Assembly (NCBI GenBank): GCA_010093745.1
Contig: MU006039.1
Span: forward strand, 1-46,593
DNA from: Piedraia hortae CBS 480.64
Taxonomy: Eukaryota
DNA: 46,593 bases
Reading direction: 5' to 3'
The notes under the pieces were generated by a model, which saw only the letters and a list, made by a program, of their open reading frames with translations, had not been told where the DNA came from and did no database searches. Of the stretch, positions 22,123 to 34,684 are shown one piece after another (the first letter of the stretch is position 1; each line of letters begins with the position of its first letter). The position numbers and the translations under genes are program-made.

Positions 22123-22432
22123 ATGCAATATATCATCGCACTCGCCATGATACTCAATGTTACAACGGCGCCTGTCGCTCACTGCGCTCCAATCCTGACC
22201 AAACAAGCTACAACATCAGGTACGTGTCTTTTTCCCGCCTAGGATTCAAAATTTGTTACTGACTAGAAAAGAAATTGCAAACCATACTACTCTCACGCCC
22301 CACGGCATCTCGAGTGGAGAATACGCCCCCAATATACAAAAGCGCCTGATAGACCACTCAGAATGGCCGGAGGAGCAAGAGGCTCTGTTAGCCCTGCTGT
22401 CGGCTTACAAGGATGGTATGCTGCCGAACTAG
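22123..22432 (+). CDS. Small secreted protein A, copy 2 (85 aa, intact, internal KR site)
   Basis: Exon 22123-22219 MQYIIALAMILNVTTAPVAHCAPILTKQATTS, intron 22220-22271 (GTACGT..CTGAC..AAG), exon 2 EIANHTTLTPHGISSGEYAPNIQKRLIDHSEWPEEQEALLALLSAYKDGMLPN*. Confidence 0.6.
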
Positions 22433-23094
22433 CTTGCTCCACGGTTTCTTCCCTCCATGACCTTTGGTTGCAATCATTCGTAGTTCTCTGTGAAAAATTG
22501 TCGGATTCCTGGCCCTTATAGAGGGAGGATGGGTCTACCAGATACACTGGTAAATAATATAAATGCGTTTCGATCGTACTCATCTGGCCCGATGTCCCTA
22601 AAATATTGATATTTCAGTCCACATGAACACAGTTCACAAGGCTGGTGAACGGACGCTGGAGATGACACCCTCTCTATAGAGAATGCCACCAACCACCTGC
22701 CATCACTTTTGACTTGAATTGAGTGATAGAAAAAGATTAAATGCATCAGACACTGTACTATCACGACTTGTCCACATTGATGTGCAAAAAATCTTGAATT
22801 CCTTACCGAAATGGTCCTTACAAGCTAGACAGTCCAATGTCCCCTCCATCCCGACTCGCTGTCATTTCGGAACAAATTGTGCCTCCACCACTCGGGCAAT
22901 TAATATTGTATAATGTTACTCATAAGATAAATGCAGTAACTTCTGTGCGTCGCGCATTGATATAGGTATCGAACAGTGCATTCGGCAATGATGTCACACA
23001 ATCCTGTCACTTGCCATCGCAGGTTGTCTGCTTTTTATGATAAGATGTGGGAACTTTGTTTTGAGTCACATGTACGTGTGGGGAGACGATGTGA

Positions 23095-23185
23095 GTGTGC
23101 CCGGCACGCACCGAGATGTATCCCGGCCCGAGCTACATCTCCAGAAAAATATTGAGCATTATGAACTCGCACATATTCACCCATT
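23095..23185 (-). pseudogene. 5' fragment of a RAD52 duplicate
   Basis: 22-bp exact match 23099-23120 = 16628-16649. Translates EFIMLNIFLEM*LGPGYISVRAG vs RAD52 ELATLQNLLEKQLGPEYISVRAG. Confidence 0.8.
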
Positions 23186-23496
23186 GCCGCGCCAGCAGTC
23201 TCTTTCTGCTGTGTTCCAGCAGCGCGGATATGAAGGTTAAACTCTCTGGAAGTTCTAATTCTGGCATCGAGGGCCGAATCTGGGTGCGGGACGGGCCGTA
23301 GCAACCAACACCTGTCTGCGACGCCATTGAAACGCCTCCGGATTGAGCCTCGCTCCCTTCGTTTCCTTTGTTCCGACCCGCTGTTCTTCTCGCAGTCTTT
23401 TTCCTTGATCTTTAAAAGCTCCGGTCGGAAGCGGGAAGGTAACGCGTCAAAGCGCACCATGTAAGACTAGAGACAACTACGCACGATCACACAGAG

Positions 23497-25367
23497 ATGC
23501 CACACAACTTGCACAGGCCATATTGGGTGGCCGTCCTGGTCCTGGCCTTGGCCTGGATGCCCTTTTCCCTAGCGGAAAAGTCCGCTGCCGACTACTACGT
23601 ACCCAAGCTGCCCGGAGCTCCGGCGGACGAACCGCTGCGTCGCATGTATGCCGGCCACTTGGAGATCACACCCGAGCATCATGGGAACATGTTCTTCTGG
23701 TTCCTTCGCAACCGACACATTAGCGACCGGAGGCGGACTGTCATCTGGCTCAACGGAGGCCCAGGATGTAGCAGCTTGGACGGCGCAATGATGGAAATTG
23801 GACCCTACCGCGTCCAGAAGGACGGGAACCTGCACGTCGTCGAGGGCAGCTGGGATGAATTCGCCAACGTGCTCTTTGTGGACAATCCTGTGGGTGTGGG
23901 TTTCAGTTATGTCGATGGGGATAGCTATCTACATGAGTTAGATGACATGGCCGCGCAATTCATAACCTTTCTAGAGAAGTGGTTTGCCGTATTTCCAGAG
24001 CATTCCAAGGATGATGTGAGTATATTGTTCCTATCCAATTCAAAGTCAGCTAACGAAAATTACAGCTGTACCTTGCTGGTGAAAGCTATGCTGGCCAGTA
24101 CATACCGTACATTGCCAAGGCACTGCTCGATCGCAATGACCGGACAGGCTCCGATCAGCAATGGAATCTCACAGGTCTTCTGATTGGAAATGGGTGGATC
24201 TCGGCGCCCGAACAGTACCGGGCGTATCTTCAGTTTGCTTATCAGGAGGGACTTGTTGAGCGCGGCAGCCCAGAGGATGCGTCTGCGTTGGACCAGCAGG
24301 CTAAGTGCATGACTGACCTTGAAAACGGTGGTAAAGACCATGTTGACATGACCTCTTGCGACGCCATCCTGCGTGACATCTTGCGTACTACGCAAACTGA
24401 AAAACAGTGCTTCAACATGTACGATGTCCGCCTGCGAGACAGCTATCCACAGTGCGGCATGAACTGGCCTCCGGACCTTGAATACGTCACGCCTTACCTC
24501 CGCCGTCAGGACGTCCTTGACGCCCTGCACGTGAACAAGGACAAACATGGCGGTTGGACCGAGTGCAATGGTCAAGTCGGGCAGCAATTCACAGCCCGCA
24601 ATTCACAACCATCCTCCAAGCTTTTCCCGAACTTGCTTGAGCGAGTGCGTATTCTCCTCTTCAGCGGCGATAAGGACCTTATCTGCAACCATATAGGCAC
24701 AGAGAACTTCATCGCCGGCATGACCTGGAACGGCGCCAAGGGAATGGAGTTGAGCCCTGGTGTGACCGCACCACGTCGCGATTGGGAATTCGAAGGCCAA
24801 CCTGCCGGACAATACCAAACAGCCCGAAACCTCACCTACCTCCGGTTCTACAACGCCTCGCACATGGTTCCCTTCGACCACCCACGACGCGCTCGCGACA
24901 TGCTCGACCGCTTCATGGGCGTTGACATCGGTTCCATTGGCGGCCAGCCCGCCAACTCCCTTATCGACGGCGAAAAAGCTCACCCAGTCACTTCTGTCGG
25001 AAGTCATCCCAACTCCACCGCAGCGCAGGAAGAGGCCGACCAAAAAGTCAAAGACGCAAAATGGCACGCGTATAAGCGCTCGGGCGAGCTCGCCCTCTTC
25101 GTTGTCATCATCGCGGCCGCTGCATGGGGAATTTTCGTTTACCGCTCCCGCTCCAAACGTGCTGGCTACTCCAGTCTGAACCTCTTTCCCCGCGGCGGCG
25201 CAGGTGATCCTTACGACGGCGGTCAGGAATGGGGCCTCGATGAAATCAGACGGGATAAATCGCGTGAGAATGAGCAGCGTGATGTCGAGGCTGCAAGGGA
25301 GTTTGATGAGACGAGTTTAGATGATCTCACCGAAGACCACGAGGAGAGTCCCGCCCGGAAAAATTAG
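23497..25367 (+). CDS. KEX1: Pheromone-processing serine carboxypeptidase Kex1 (S10)
   Basis: Signal peptide, [16 protein letters not shown] after intron 24016-24065, [18 protein letters not shown]-terminal TM helix and acidic tail. Confidence 0.95.
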
Positions 25368-28300
25368 ATTTTCGAAATTTATGGAAGGCTCTTGTATAAA
25401 TAAAACTTATTTCCTTGCATATCTTCCATTCCAACGTGAGAAGATGTGTATTTGTTCTTGAAGTCTCTTCGGAGAATCTGCTCGCTCAGCGCATCTTGCA
25501 AGGCGATCGGAATTGGAGCTTCTCTATCCTAAGTTGTTGACTCGTCTATTCCCGAATCGAGGGAAAGGAGGTTGTCCAATACGTTCCAACAAATTTTCTT
25601 TCGAGGCTGACGTAGGGTGGACTCTGCGATGTGTTGGAGTTGTTTATTGACGCGGGCGTCGCTGTTCTTGTGAATGTGTTTAAGGATTTGTGAGAGAAGA
25701 TTGTTGAGTATGTACGTCCGTGAGTGTAGGTGCCATGCTTGGAGATGAGTTAGTTATGAACGTTAAAGTGTGCGATTCAAAGTGCGAAGGTAAATTAGGG
25801 GTACTCTGTTCGTCCCGAGCCTGGAGAGCAAACTCAAACAGAACACAGGACAAAAAATCCAAACAAACCGAAAACTTCACAAGCAATGCTAGACTGAGGT
25901 TGGTATGGGGTCAGCATGGGTCGTCTTCCAGCTCAGCAAACCGTCGGTGCAATTATACGTGAATCACCCGTCCAATATCTATTTCGTAGGTACGTTATAT
26001 CAAGAGGTCGGAATGATCGCAGGGTGCGAAGAATGAGTATGTGACCCTACTATACCCGTGAGCTTTTCTACTCGTCATTTTCCGGACTATATGTAAAGTT
26101 TTGAAAGGTACATATCCTTTTGCAATGGCTAGGTTATCCAGAATTCGCACATAGACCGCCTCCGTGGCACCAGACAGTACGTGTTGCCTCTCTTGCTGTC
26201 CGACTCAACATTATGGGCCCAACAATTTCGTAAAAGTAGAGATAAGTCTTGCGATTCGTATGATATGTCGAACAGCAAGTTCGATATGTTTCAGCCAAGT
26301 TGAGAAAAGCTTGTAAGAGCGATCGGTGAGCATAATCCTCGGCACTTCGATCTGGCTGTGACATCTGTGCAGAAGACGACTTGAGAATCTTCGCAGTGAA
26401 TTTCGTCGACATAGCTGGTCGGCAGATCCTCATGGTGTGTTTCTCTGGAGTGGTGCAGGAGTAATGTGACTGAACAAGTCTGTGCCTGTAATAACGTACG
26501 TCTCTTCCAGATCTCCCCTCTCGCCTCCTCGAACCTCCTCCCTATCCTCCTGCTTTCGGCTCGTTCCGACCCCTCCAGACACTGTCATACGTCACGCCTG
26601 TCGCAAATCTCACATGCCTGGTAAGAGGGCCGCAGTCTGAACAATTTTTGGCAGCCACGTTCCATCACATAGTCTGATGCTGCCTCTTGCGGAGCCACCC
26701 ACAAAGAAGAGGTGGAACAATGTGGATCCATCGAGTCCAGGTGGGCTTTCATCGTTTTCAAGAAAAATGGCTGTGCCCTCTCGATGGCCGTGAGTCTGTT
26801 CTGGGGCGCTGATGAAGTAAGTGATTCTATCTTGGATTGTGAATATCGCGTGGAGAAGGAGTTTGTGCGATTCAGCAACAACACCGCTTAGCTCCGAGTG
26901 GGCAGGATCGAGAAGGGAAGAGTGAATGACGTCGGCGGTCGGAGAGAAGATGGAGATAGCTGGTTCCTTGAGGCTTAGTTCGTACTTCGTTGCTCTGCCT
27001 TTGGCACTTGGGATAGCTATCATCCTTGCTCCGAGGATGCTGGTTTCATAGTGCGTGCAACCGTTCTGCTCCACATCGAACTGCCTATAACCACGCTCGG
27101 ACGAAGCCGCAGAGCAGAATCGACAGCAGAGGTTGGGTCTGGGCCCCTTTAAGCCACTTTTTTGCTTTGCTGTGGCATATCTCCTGTATACTCCGAAGCA
27201 TAGGCGCAAACAAAGACATCCTCTTCATTAGTAGATTCCGAGATAGTGTGGTCGCCAGGTCATATTGACCCTTGAATAGGTGATCGACAGGGATCAAATT
27301 GAAAGGCTTCGTAATCGTCACCTTGTGTAAATTGATCGCACACTCACGTTTACTCCGCCGACGTGTCCCTTCGGTGAAAGCCCCGCCCTCAAAGGCTCCT
27401 GGACAGATAGGCTGCGGACGTCCAAGGACCCAGCGCTTGAACCCGCACTTTGAAATTGGTTCCTGGTAGATCAGAAACAACATCTGACGTCGCATTGTTT
27501 AAGGTCGGCTTGTTGATGTTAGTCGGGAGCCAGTTCCGATAGAGCTAGGGTGACCAGTAACCTCATCACCAGTAGAGTCTTGGCGAAAAGGTAGCAGCAA
27601 CAACATTGTCTTTCATGTCACTTCCCATTCCTACATTCACTACGGCTCGCCCCATAGGGATAGCAGTCGCATATGATGTCAACGTGCAAATCATATGGCA
27701 CGCGATCTGGTCCTCAGGCTCAGCGATATGGTCTCTTATCAGCCCAATGGCAAGTTTGTAATGGGCAACCGCTGCCTTCTTGTGTTTGACGCTGCGCACA
27801 GCAAACTCTAGCCCGTCGTCGATTAGTTCGGGAACCCGAGTACACGGGACGTCGCAGCCGTGGTCGATTCGTCCCATGGTAGTTTTCCGGACCTTGTACA
27901 TCCGCCGGCTCCCTTTTTCCCGTTCTTCGACTGCGTCGATGCAACGTCGAGCAGGGACTTCTTGAGGCTGCTCGTTAGTCTGCTGCCATTTCGCTTGGAA
28001 GACAGGGATTGTGAGGGCTGTAGCGGTTAGGGCGCCGCGATGAATGGCTGGCACTCAATTTACCCTGCAATCTCTGCAAGCCACTATAAGACACTGCCCC
28101 CACTGTTCATGTTTTGCTCGTGGCATGGCGGTGAGCTGAAGCAAGCCTTCTGCGCCCCGAGATGTCCGGTCGTGGCGGTCTCAAAGCGGATGGTGCTGAT
28201 CTCCAATCAGAATGGTATGGACTGTTCTCGCGCGAACTTGCTAGGCTGGTAGATGGTTCTCCCGCTGGGCGGGATATAGACTGAATAGACGGTTAGTGAC

Positions 28301-29499
28301 CCCTCACCTCTGCCCAGAGTAATAGACCAACATCAGTATGGCAAGTCTTCCGCCACTGTTCCGCCTCAGTGTTGGAAGTTGCTTCCTGGGAGCTGTTTGG
28401 TGTTTTCGTCTCCGAGAAGACAGCCAAATCGAGTGTTACAAAGGCTTCACACAGTGGGCCGTCATTAGTCCCGCATACTGGGCCTTCTTCGATTTTCCTC
28501 GGTTGGTGCTTTTAGCCTAAAAACAATCCCGTTGCCAAGTTGTAGAACAGCGATACGGAACAGAAATAGAGCTGGCGAGAAAGCAGAGGCTTGTCATATG
28601 TACATGCCATGCTTCAATCCCAGCATCTCTGGCTGTACGTATGTAAAACCGCCTTAGTACCTTGTCATGGGTCACCGCGCGAACCAGCACGTCGACCTCG
28701 TTGACATACTGGAACAAATTTCGAATCGCCATAGGACTGCCTCCCGCGAAAGTTAACATGTTTGCTTGCCGCGGCGTATATAAAGCCTCCGTGAATACCG
28801 GAACCCGAAAGCGCAGTCGACTGTTCTTGGCTCATGTGCGTGTTACGTGACGTGAGTTGGCGAATGTTAGTGGAATTGCCACTTATCTCCATCCTTCATG
28901 CCCGAGATTATGGCAGACGTCTTGTATCTGCCAGCTGCAAATACGGGCCCTAACAAAACTTTCCTGTTCTCTAGAGCTCTCCCAGTAAGCCCAGTTGGAT
29001 GAAAAGATGGGTTCATCTGATCCATTGACAAGGAAATATTTTCCGGTGATACTGCGGATGGAATACCCCGGGAATTTGAATCGCGCAGCTCTTATTGCTC
29101 GTTCAAAGAGAAGCAAACCCTCAATGCAGCTTGTGATGCATGTTAGAGGAGAAGAGGTGGAAAATAAAGCCAAGAGGACTGAAGAAATGGAAGGGTGTTG
29201 TCAGGGCAGGCTTTTCCGAGACTGCCAGTGAGAAATGTGCTCATTTTGAGCCGTGCGGTGGGTGATTCAGAGGTGCAGAATTTTATAAAGCCCACTGTGA
29301 CCCTAATCCTAACCCCAACCAATGTCTCTCTATGCATAAAACCTACGCACTGACACCGAGGCAATCAATCAGCGGGATAGCTAATTGCAGGATCCAATAA
29401 CACTTGCATTATTGCCTTTGCTCACCTGCAGAAACACCAAACCCCCAAAGCACGGGACGGTACCGTCCAAAGAAATAACCGATTGGCAATTCATTCTGA

Positions 29500-30676
29500 T
29501 GACGGAATCACAAGAGGCCCTTTCCTCCTATGAGGTCGCCAACGGGGTTGTTTATTTTTGAGGGTTTCTATCGCCATGTGTCGGGCAAATTTCACCATGT
29601 GCATCTGGGAGGTATCTTGCACAATGGACGCTATGGAATCTTGCAGAAGCTAGGCTGTGGATCTTTTCCAACTGTCTGGGCGGTGAGAGATGAACAGGAA
29701 CAGAGATATGTGGCCATAAAAATCCCCATCGCGGATGCACCGTCTAGCTTCGAGACGAGCGTCTTGGAGCTTGAAGGGCCAAATGGAATACATAGTTGCA
29801 CTGTGACTGACATTTATGGTGATCCTGTTGGTCTCGATCTGGAAGAAGAGAAGTTCGCACTGAAAGCCAGTGCTGCGAGGAGACACCAGAAACATCTTCC
29901 ACAAGCCATAGATTGTTTGCACTAACATGGAATCGTGCATGGCGGCTTGTACTCTGGCAATGTCGTATGGACCATACCCAACGTCAACAACATTACCGAA
30001 GAGGAATTTCTACAGCTTTTAAAGTATGCGCAGACTTGTGAAGTAAAGAGCAAAGACGGATCCCCTCTGCCACTAAGTGTGCCAAGACACCTCGTCATGC
30101 ACGACTATCGTCCCACCCAAGCTTAGAACGAGGACGAAATTAAGCTCTTAGATTTTGGACAAACGTTCTACTTGTATTCTCCGCCAGATGAGCTCGCAAC
30201 TCCACTTTATTACCGTGCTCCAGAGATTGTCTTTCACGAAAAAGTCGACGAAAAGATTGATGTGTGGAATACTGGTATGCTGGCATGTTCTGAGGGTTCT
30301 CCATGAAATCGCTGCAAGTTGATCTTAATATTGTTACGTGTTCTTGACCAGCATTCTCCCAATGCCAACATTGCTATGGGATGATTATATGCTCATAGAT
30401 GCCCTACTCGAGGTGATCCATCCTCAGCTTCCGGAAAGTTGGCAGATATTTGCTCGTTGGCGTAAAGAGGATCGAGAAGACGTCCCTGCCGAGGGGGGCC
30501 TTGAAAGCTTGCAGGCAATGATTGATGCACATTTTGAGAGAGGCGGTAATGAGAAATTACAAGACTTGCCAAGGGGGGTGTTTTGCAGAGGAGGTGAGCT
30601 GTTTGAGGAGGTACTGCGATTTGAACCCAAAGAATGCATCTCGGCGAAAGAGGCTCTTGAGCTGGATCGGTTTTAA
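29500..30676 (+). pseudogene. SRPK/Sky1-like protein kinase pseudogene
   Basis: RYGILQKLGCGSFPTVWAVRD, YVAIKI, EGPNGIH, HGGLYSGN (catalytic HxD lost), KLLDFG, YRAPE, DVW; in-frame stops at 29923 and 30124. Confidence 0.85.
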
Positions 30677-30897
30677 AGATCTTTCTTGAGAAATCTCTGA
30701 TTTTTAGGATACTATACTCATAGGAAATAGAATTCTCATGGTTCATCCTCACACTTGTAATGGCACTCCCAGAGAGTTAGAATAATCAGCTGCAAATCCA
30801 AATTGTAATCGATTAGGAACAAAAGCTGCGACTTGAAAGGAATAGGATCTGAACGGTTTGTACATTCAGCACAACTCGTTGACATATACACAAATGT

Positions 30898-31830
30898 CTA
30901 CATATACTTATCAAACCACCCCACCATCTTCTTCGGCTCCTTTGCAAAATAGTTATACCCATCAAACCTCCTATCGGTACCCTCAATCCACAGAAGATCC
31001 TTCTCCTTGGCGCCCAGCTTATCATAAATATCCTGCGTATCCTGCGAATGGATAAGGGAATCCTTTCGCACCTGCGCCACCAGCGTTGGGAAAGTCACAT
31101 ACTTCGCCAATGGGCGGACGTCAAGGTCTTCAATGTGGAAGCCACTCAGCTCAAAAAGACGTTTATCAAAAGCCTTGCAGGCTTCATCAACATTGATGCC
31201 CTGGTTCTCGGCGCCTCGTTCCACAAAAGTGTGGCCCGAAACGGCCTGGAGGAGGATCACGGCCTTGATGTCGTCACCCTTGAAATACTCTGGGAATTTC
31301 TGCATGGCGTGCATGGTAGAGTTGCCACCCACACAGCGGCTGAGGAAGCCGATGCTGGTTTCCTTGAGTTCTGGGTGGTTGCGGGTGTAGATGAGAGATC
31401 CCACCACGTCGCGGCTCTCGTAGTGGCCTAGCCCACCGTTGATGCCTCCGCAGCCGGCATCGCTGATCCCGTTGTTCCTGATGTCGTAGCAGACGACGTT
31501 GTAGCCGGCGTCGTGGAGGGCCTTGTAATCGGGAATGAAGTTGACTTCAAAGCCGCCGAACGCTTCGAAACCAGGCAGCTGGCCCGGGTATCCAGACCGA
31601 TTGCATGTCGCTGGGTGGTTGGCGATGATGGTTTTCTTCGACCCGGGGCAGGGGATGAACCATCCCTGAAGTGTCACGCCGTCCAGAGAGGGGAACCAGA
31701 TTTCTTCATACTTCAGTCCGACATCGCTGGGCTTTCGGAGGATTGGAGATCGCTTGCCATATACGAACAATTGGCAGTAGTTCTCAGCCAACTGCTGCGC
31801 AGGGCTGGACTTGTCAGATCCAGAGCTCAT
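30898..31830 (-). CDS. Intronless alpha/beta-hydrolase-fold protein with an SRCVG elbow
   Basis: FPSLDGVTLQGWFIP, GYNVVCYDIRNNGIS, ESRDVVGSL, GFLSRCVGGN, PTLVAQVRKD, KDLLWIEG; 310 aa open frame with strong codon bias. Confidence 0.85.
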   Translation of the reverse strand: MSSGSDKSSPAQQLAENYCQLFVYGKRSPILRKPSDVGLKYEEIWFPSLDGVTLQGWFIPCPGSKKTIIANHPATCNRSGYPGQLPGFEAFGGFEVNFIPDYKALHDAGYNVVCYDIRNNGISDAGCGGINGGLGHYESRDVVGSLIYTRNHPELKETSIGFLSRCVGGNSTMHAMQKFPEYFKGDDIKAVILLQAVSGHTFVERGAENQGINVDEACKAFDKRLFELSGFHIEDLDVRPLAKYVTFPTLVAQVRKDSLIHSQDTQDIYDKLGAKEKDLLWIEGTDRRFDGYNYFAKEPKKMVGWFDKYM

Positions 31831-34684
31831 TTTGTGAAGGCCTGGTCTGGAGATGGATGAGAAGGAGTCTTAAGTAATGGTCAACACCGCCGATGATGTC
31901 AATGATGTCGGAGAAAAAAGCCCTGCACGTTGGATGGGGCGCATAACCTCCACCCGGACGTTGTCCGCTCAATGTACGTGCGTCAGCGATATGCTGTCGC
32001 GAAGCCTGTCGAATTACATCAACAACCTCGTCTCGTTCTATCGCTGAGCTTTTGAACTATCGGAGTTTGCGACCGAGAGCAAGCTGTATGAAGCGTTCGA
32101 CTGACCATCCTCTCAGTGGTTCCATGGAAGTGGGGTGGTGGGGTAGTGGGGTCGTCGTGGGAAGGGTTCCAGCACGGTTCTGGACTGGTTCGGAACGGAG
32201 CTACGGATACAGTCCGGCTCACGGTCCTTTGCCGAGCCGATCTATCAAGCATGATAGGGAATTGTAAGCGGAGCCACGGATACAGTTCGGTCTACAGCCC
32301 TTGCCGGGATCGATCCCTTGAATGAAAGAAGGCGAAGGCGGTACCAGGGATAAAGGCCGGTCCATATTCTTTTCCGGAGCCGAGTTGAATCTCATGCTGA
32401 CTCATCATGCCTCTCGTCAGCGTGACGATGTTTCGCATCACATTTCCATGTGATGGTGACTGTGAAAATTCTGACCGGTTGACGTAATGCGGAATGCGAG
32501 GAAGATGGCTCTCTGGCAGATCATGACGTTTGGCCGACCGCCCTGGCTGAAATGACAATCATGGAAGTTTCAACGGAAAGTAGATTTTCCTGTCATATCA
32601 TTCCTGATTTCTACTCACGTACAACTTGACTTACAAAATCCAAGAGCTTGACCATTGATGGTTCAAATAAATGGCAAATCCAAGAACACATCATTTCAAA
32701 TCGACTAACCGGCCACCACCAAGTGTGTCATGCCTAGATAAAGTTCATAACCTGACAATGCCCATGCCAGTTTTCCATCCACTTGCTCGATCACACTCAT
32801 CTTCTTCCCTCTGTCCAATGACTCGAAACCAGAGCGCCCAGCAGCTCATTCTGCGAAGCAGTCCAGCCACTCGTCCACCCAAAGCCCGTTGCTCGCTGTC
32901 TCGCCTTGACCAAAGAGTCCTGCTCCGCCACCATAACCCGTAAATGCGTCATATAGAATAGCCTACATAGCTAAAGGTTGTCTCCTTGTTCCTTCTGAAC
33001 AAAAAAATGATCTTGTCATATTTCCACTGGATAATGAGCCTCCTCAAGCCCATTCCACCCACTTCCGCACCATAATTCGATGTTCCGCGGATCATGAACC
33101 TGCGTCTGTCCGAGAGGACTTCGGAACTCATAGAACCGATCACAATTCTTGGCCGTAAAAAAGAAAACATCTGCGTCCCATGCTCATCGTTGCCACCGCT
33201 GCCCCAAGCATGCGCCCCACAAGCGGACTTTGGCTGCGATCTTTCCAAACTGCGATTGAGCTCCCGTCCACCAGCCGCCACAATCTCTCCGTGACGGATG
33301 TTCAACATCCGATTCAATACGTCAACGAAGAACTCCTGCTGCTTTCTTTCCGCGGCCATTATCGAAACCCCCGATTCGGTGACCCATGCACAGTACAGTG
33401 CCTCGTTATCGGCCAAGCTCCAAGCAACTACTTTTTGATATTGTGATGTTCGCTAAGAATACGTGCAGTGAGGACAAGCACGCCAGGCGATCGCTGTCAT
33501 TTTCATCGTGCCGAACTCGGAAGAGAGATCCTTCATCTCGAAGAAGCTTGAACGTTGCCTCTGCTGGCGAAATGGGCATTCTTTCTCCACTCGTTGTAAA
33601 TATCCCTCAAGACGGATGATGCCCTAGGGCATCAACTGCAAAATGCCTGATTGCCAGAGCACGAGACAAGACCGTAGCCCCCACGGGACTTCCTGATCTC
33701 TGGCCCACGATGGAGTCCAGGGAAGTAGGGCTGATACCACGATGGTTGTGCTCTCCTTTCGTCTTGGCCGAGCTTTACCCCTTGAACATTATTCGCACCC
33801 AAAGCTAGCGTCATCTTGCACCCAGTCCTCTCGGCGCTCCATTTACACTTCGTGTTAGGCACCAACTTCGAGAGCGAGCCGCAGGCACCAAGGCCACAAC
33901 ACCCTAAATTTCTTCAGAGGTATCCTTCTCTTTATTAGCTCGTACCCATGATCTGCCGGAACTAGTAACATATTCCATCGCGTGATCCCTACCATGCGTC
34001 CCAGTTTCTGGTCTTAGGTGTCATATTCTTCCGTAGGGGGCCCACCTCGGAGAGCCTGTACACCAAAAATTACCTCCCCCATCCAGGGAGGTAGATTTCG
34101 TCGATATCGATGAATCCATTGCAGCCATCCATCGTTCGCGAAAGATGAATTCGTGTGGTTGACTACCTCCAATTCATGGTAGAGGCAAGAATAACATCCT
34201 CTGGTCAGGAAGTCTGCCATGTTCATAACCTCTTGTAAGTCGCGGATGACCCCGTTACTATTCTGCCGTAACGTCTCATTATTCGCAACATTAATCTCTT
34301 GTAACGTTGAGGTTTGCTGTTTCTTGGTGCATCAATATCAATGTAGCTGTCATCGCTATCATCAAAACCTCTATAACACTCCTTAGTGGAGTATTAGGTC
34401 GATTATTCCAGTGTCATGGACTGTATTTTTCTCAGTCGTTGGCTAAGAAGGGGTGATTAGGTCCTAATTCTATTGGGAATGCGACGGAGGTGTGGGCGAA
34501 AGGGCGTAAGGGCGGAAGTGTACTGTATGCGTGGGAGTTTGAAGTCATTACGGATAATCGATCTCCCGGCATGTACGCCAGGGAAGATCTGCTCCTTTTC
34601 TCGAACCTACCCACCCATATAGACACACATCACATAACAATCAACAATACAAAACATCATCATGAATCATACCACGAAGCATCC

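Larger units (their letters stand above)
19720..22600. repeat. Right arm of the inverted segmental duplication
   Basis: Reverse-complement homology to about 1775-4750, with a near-identical core 20218-21735. Confidence 0.9.

Noticed and set aside
29298..29322. Telomere-like CCCTAA/CCTAA run
   Set aside because: Only about three degenerate units; no other support.
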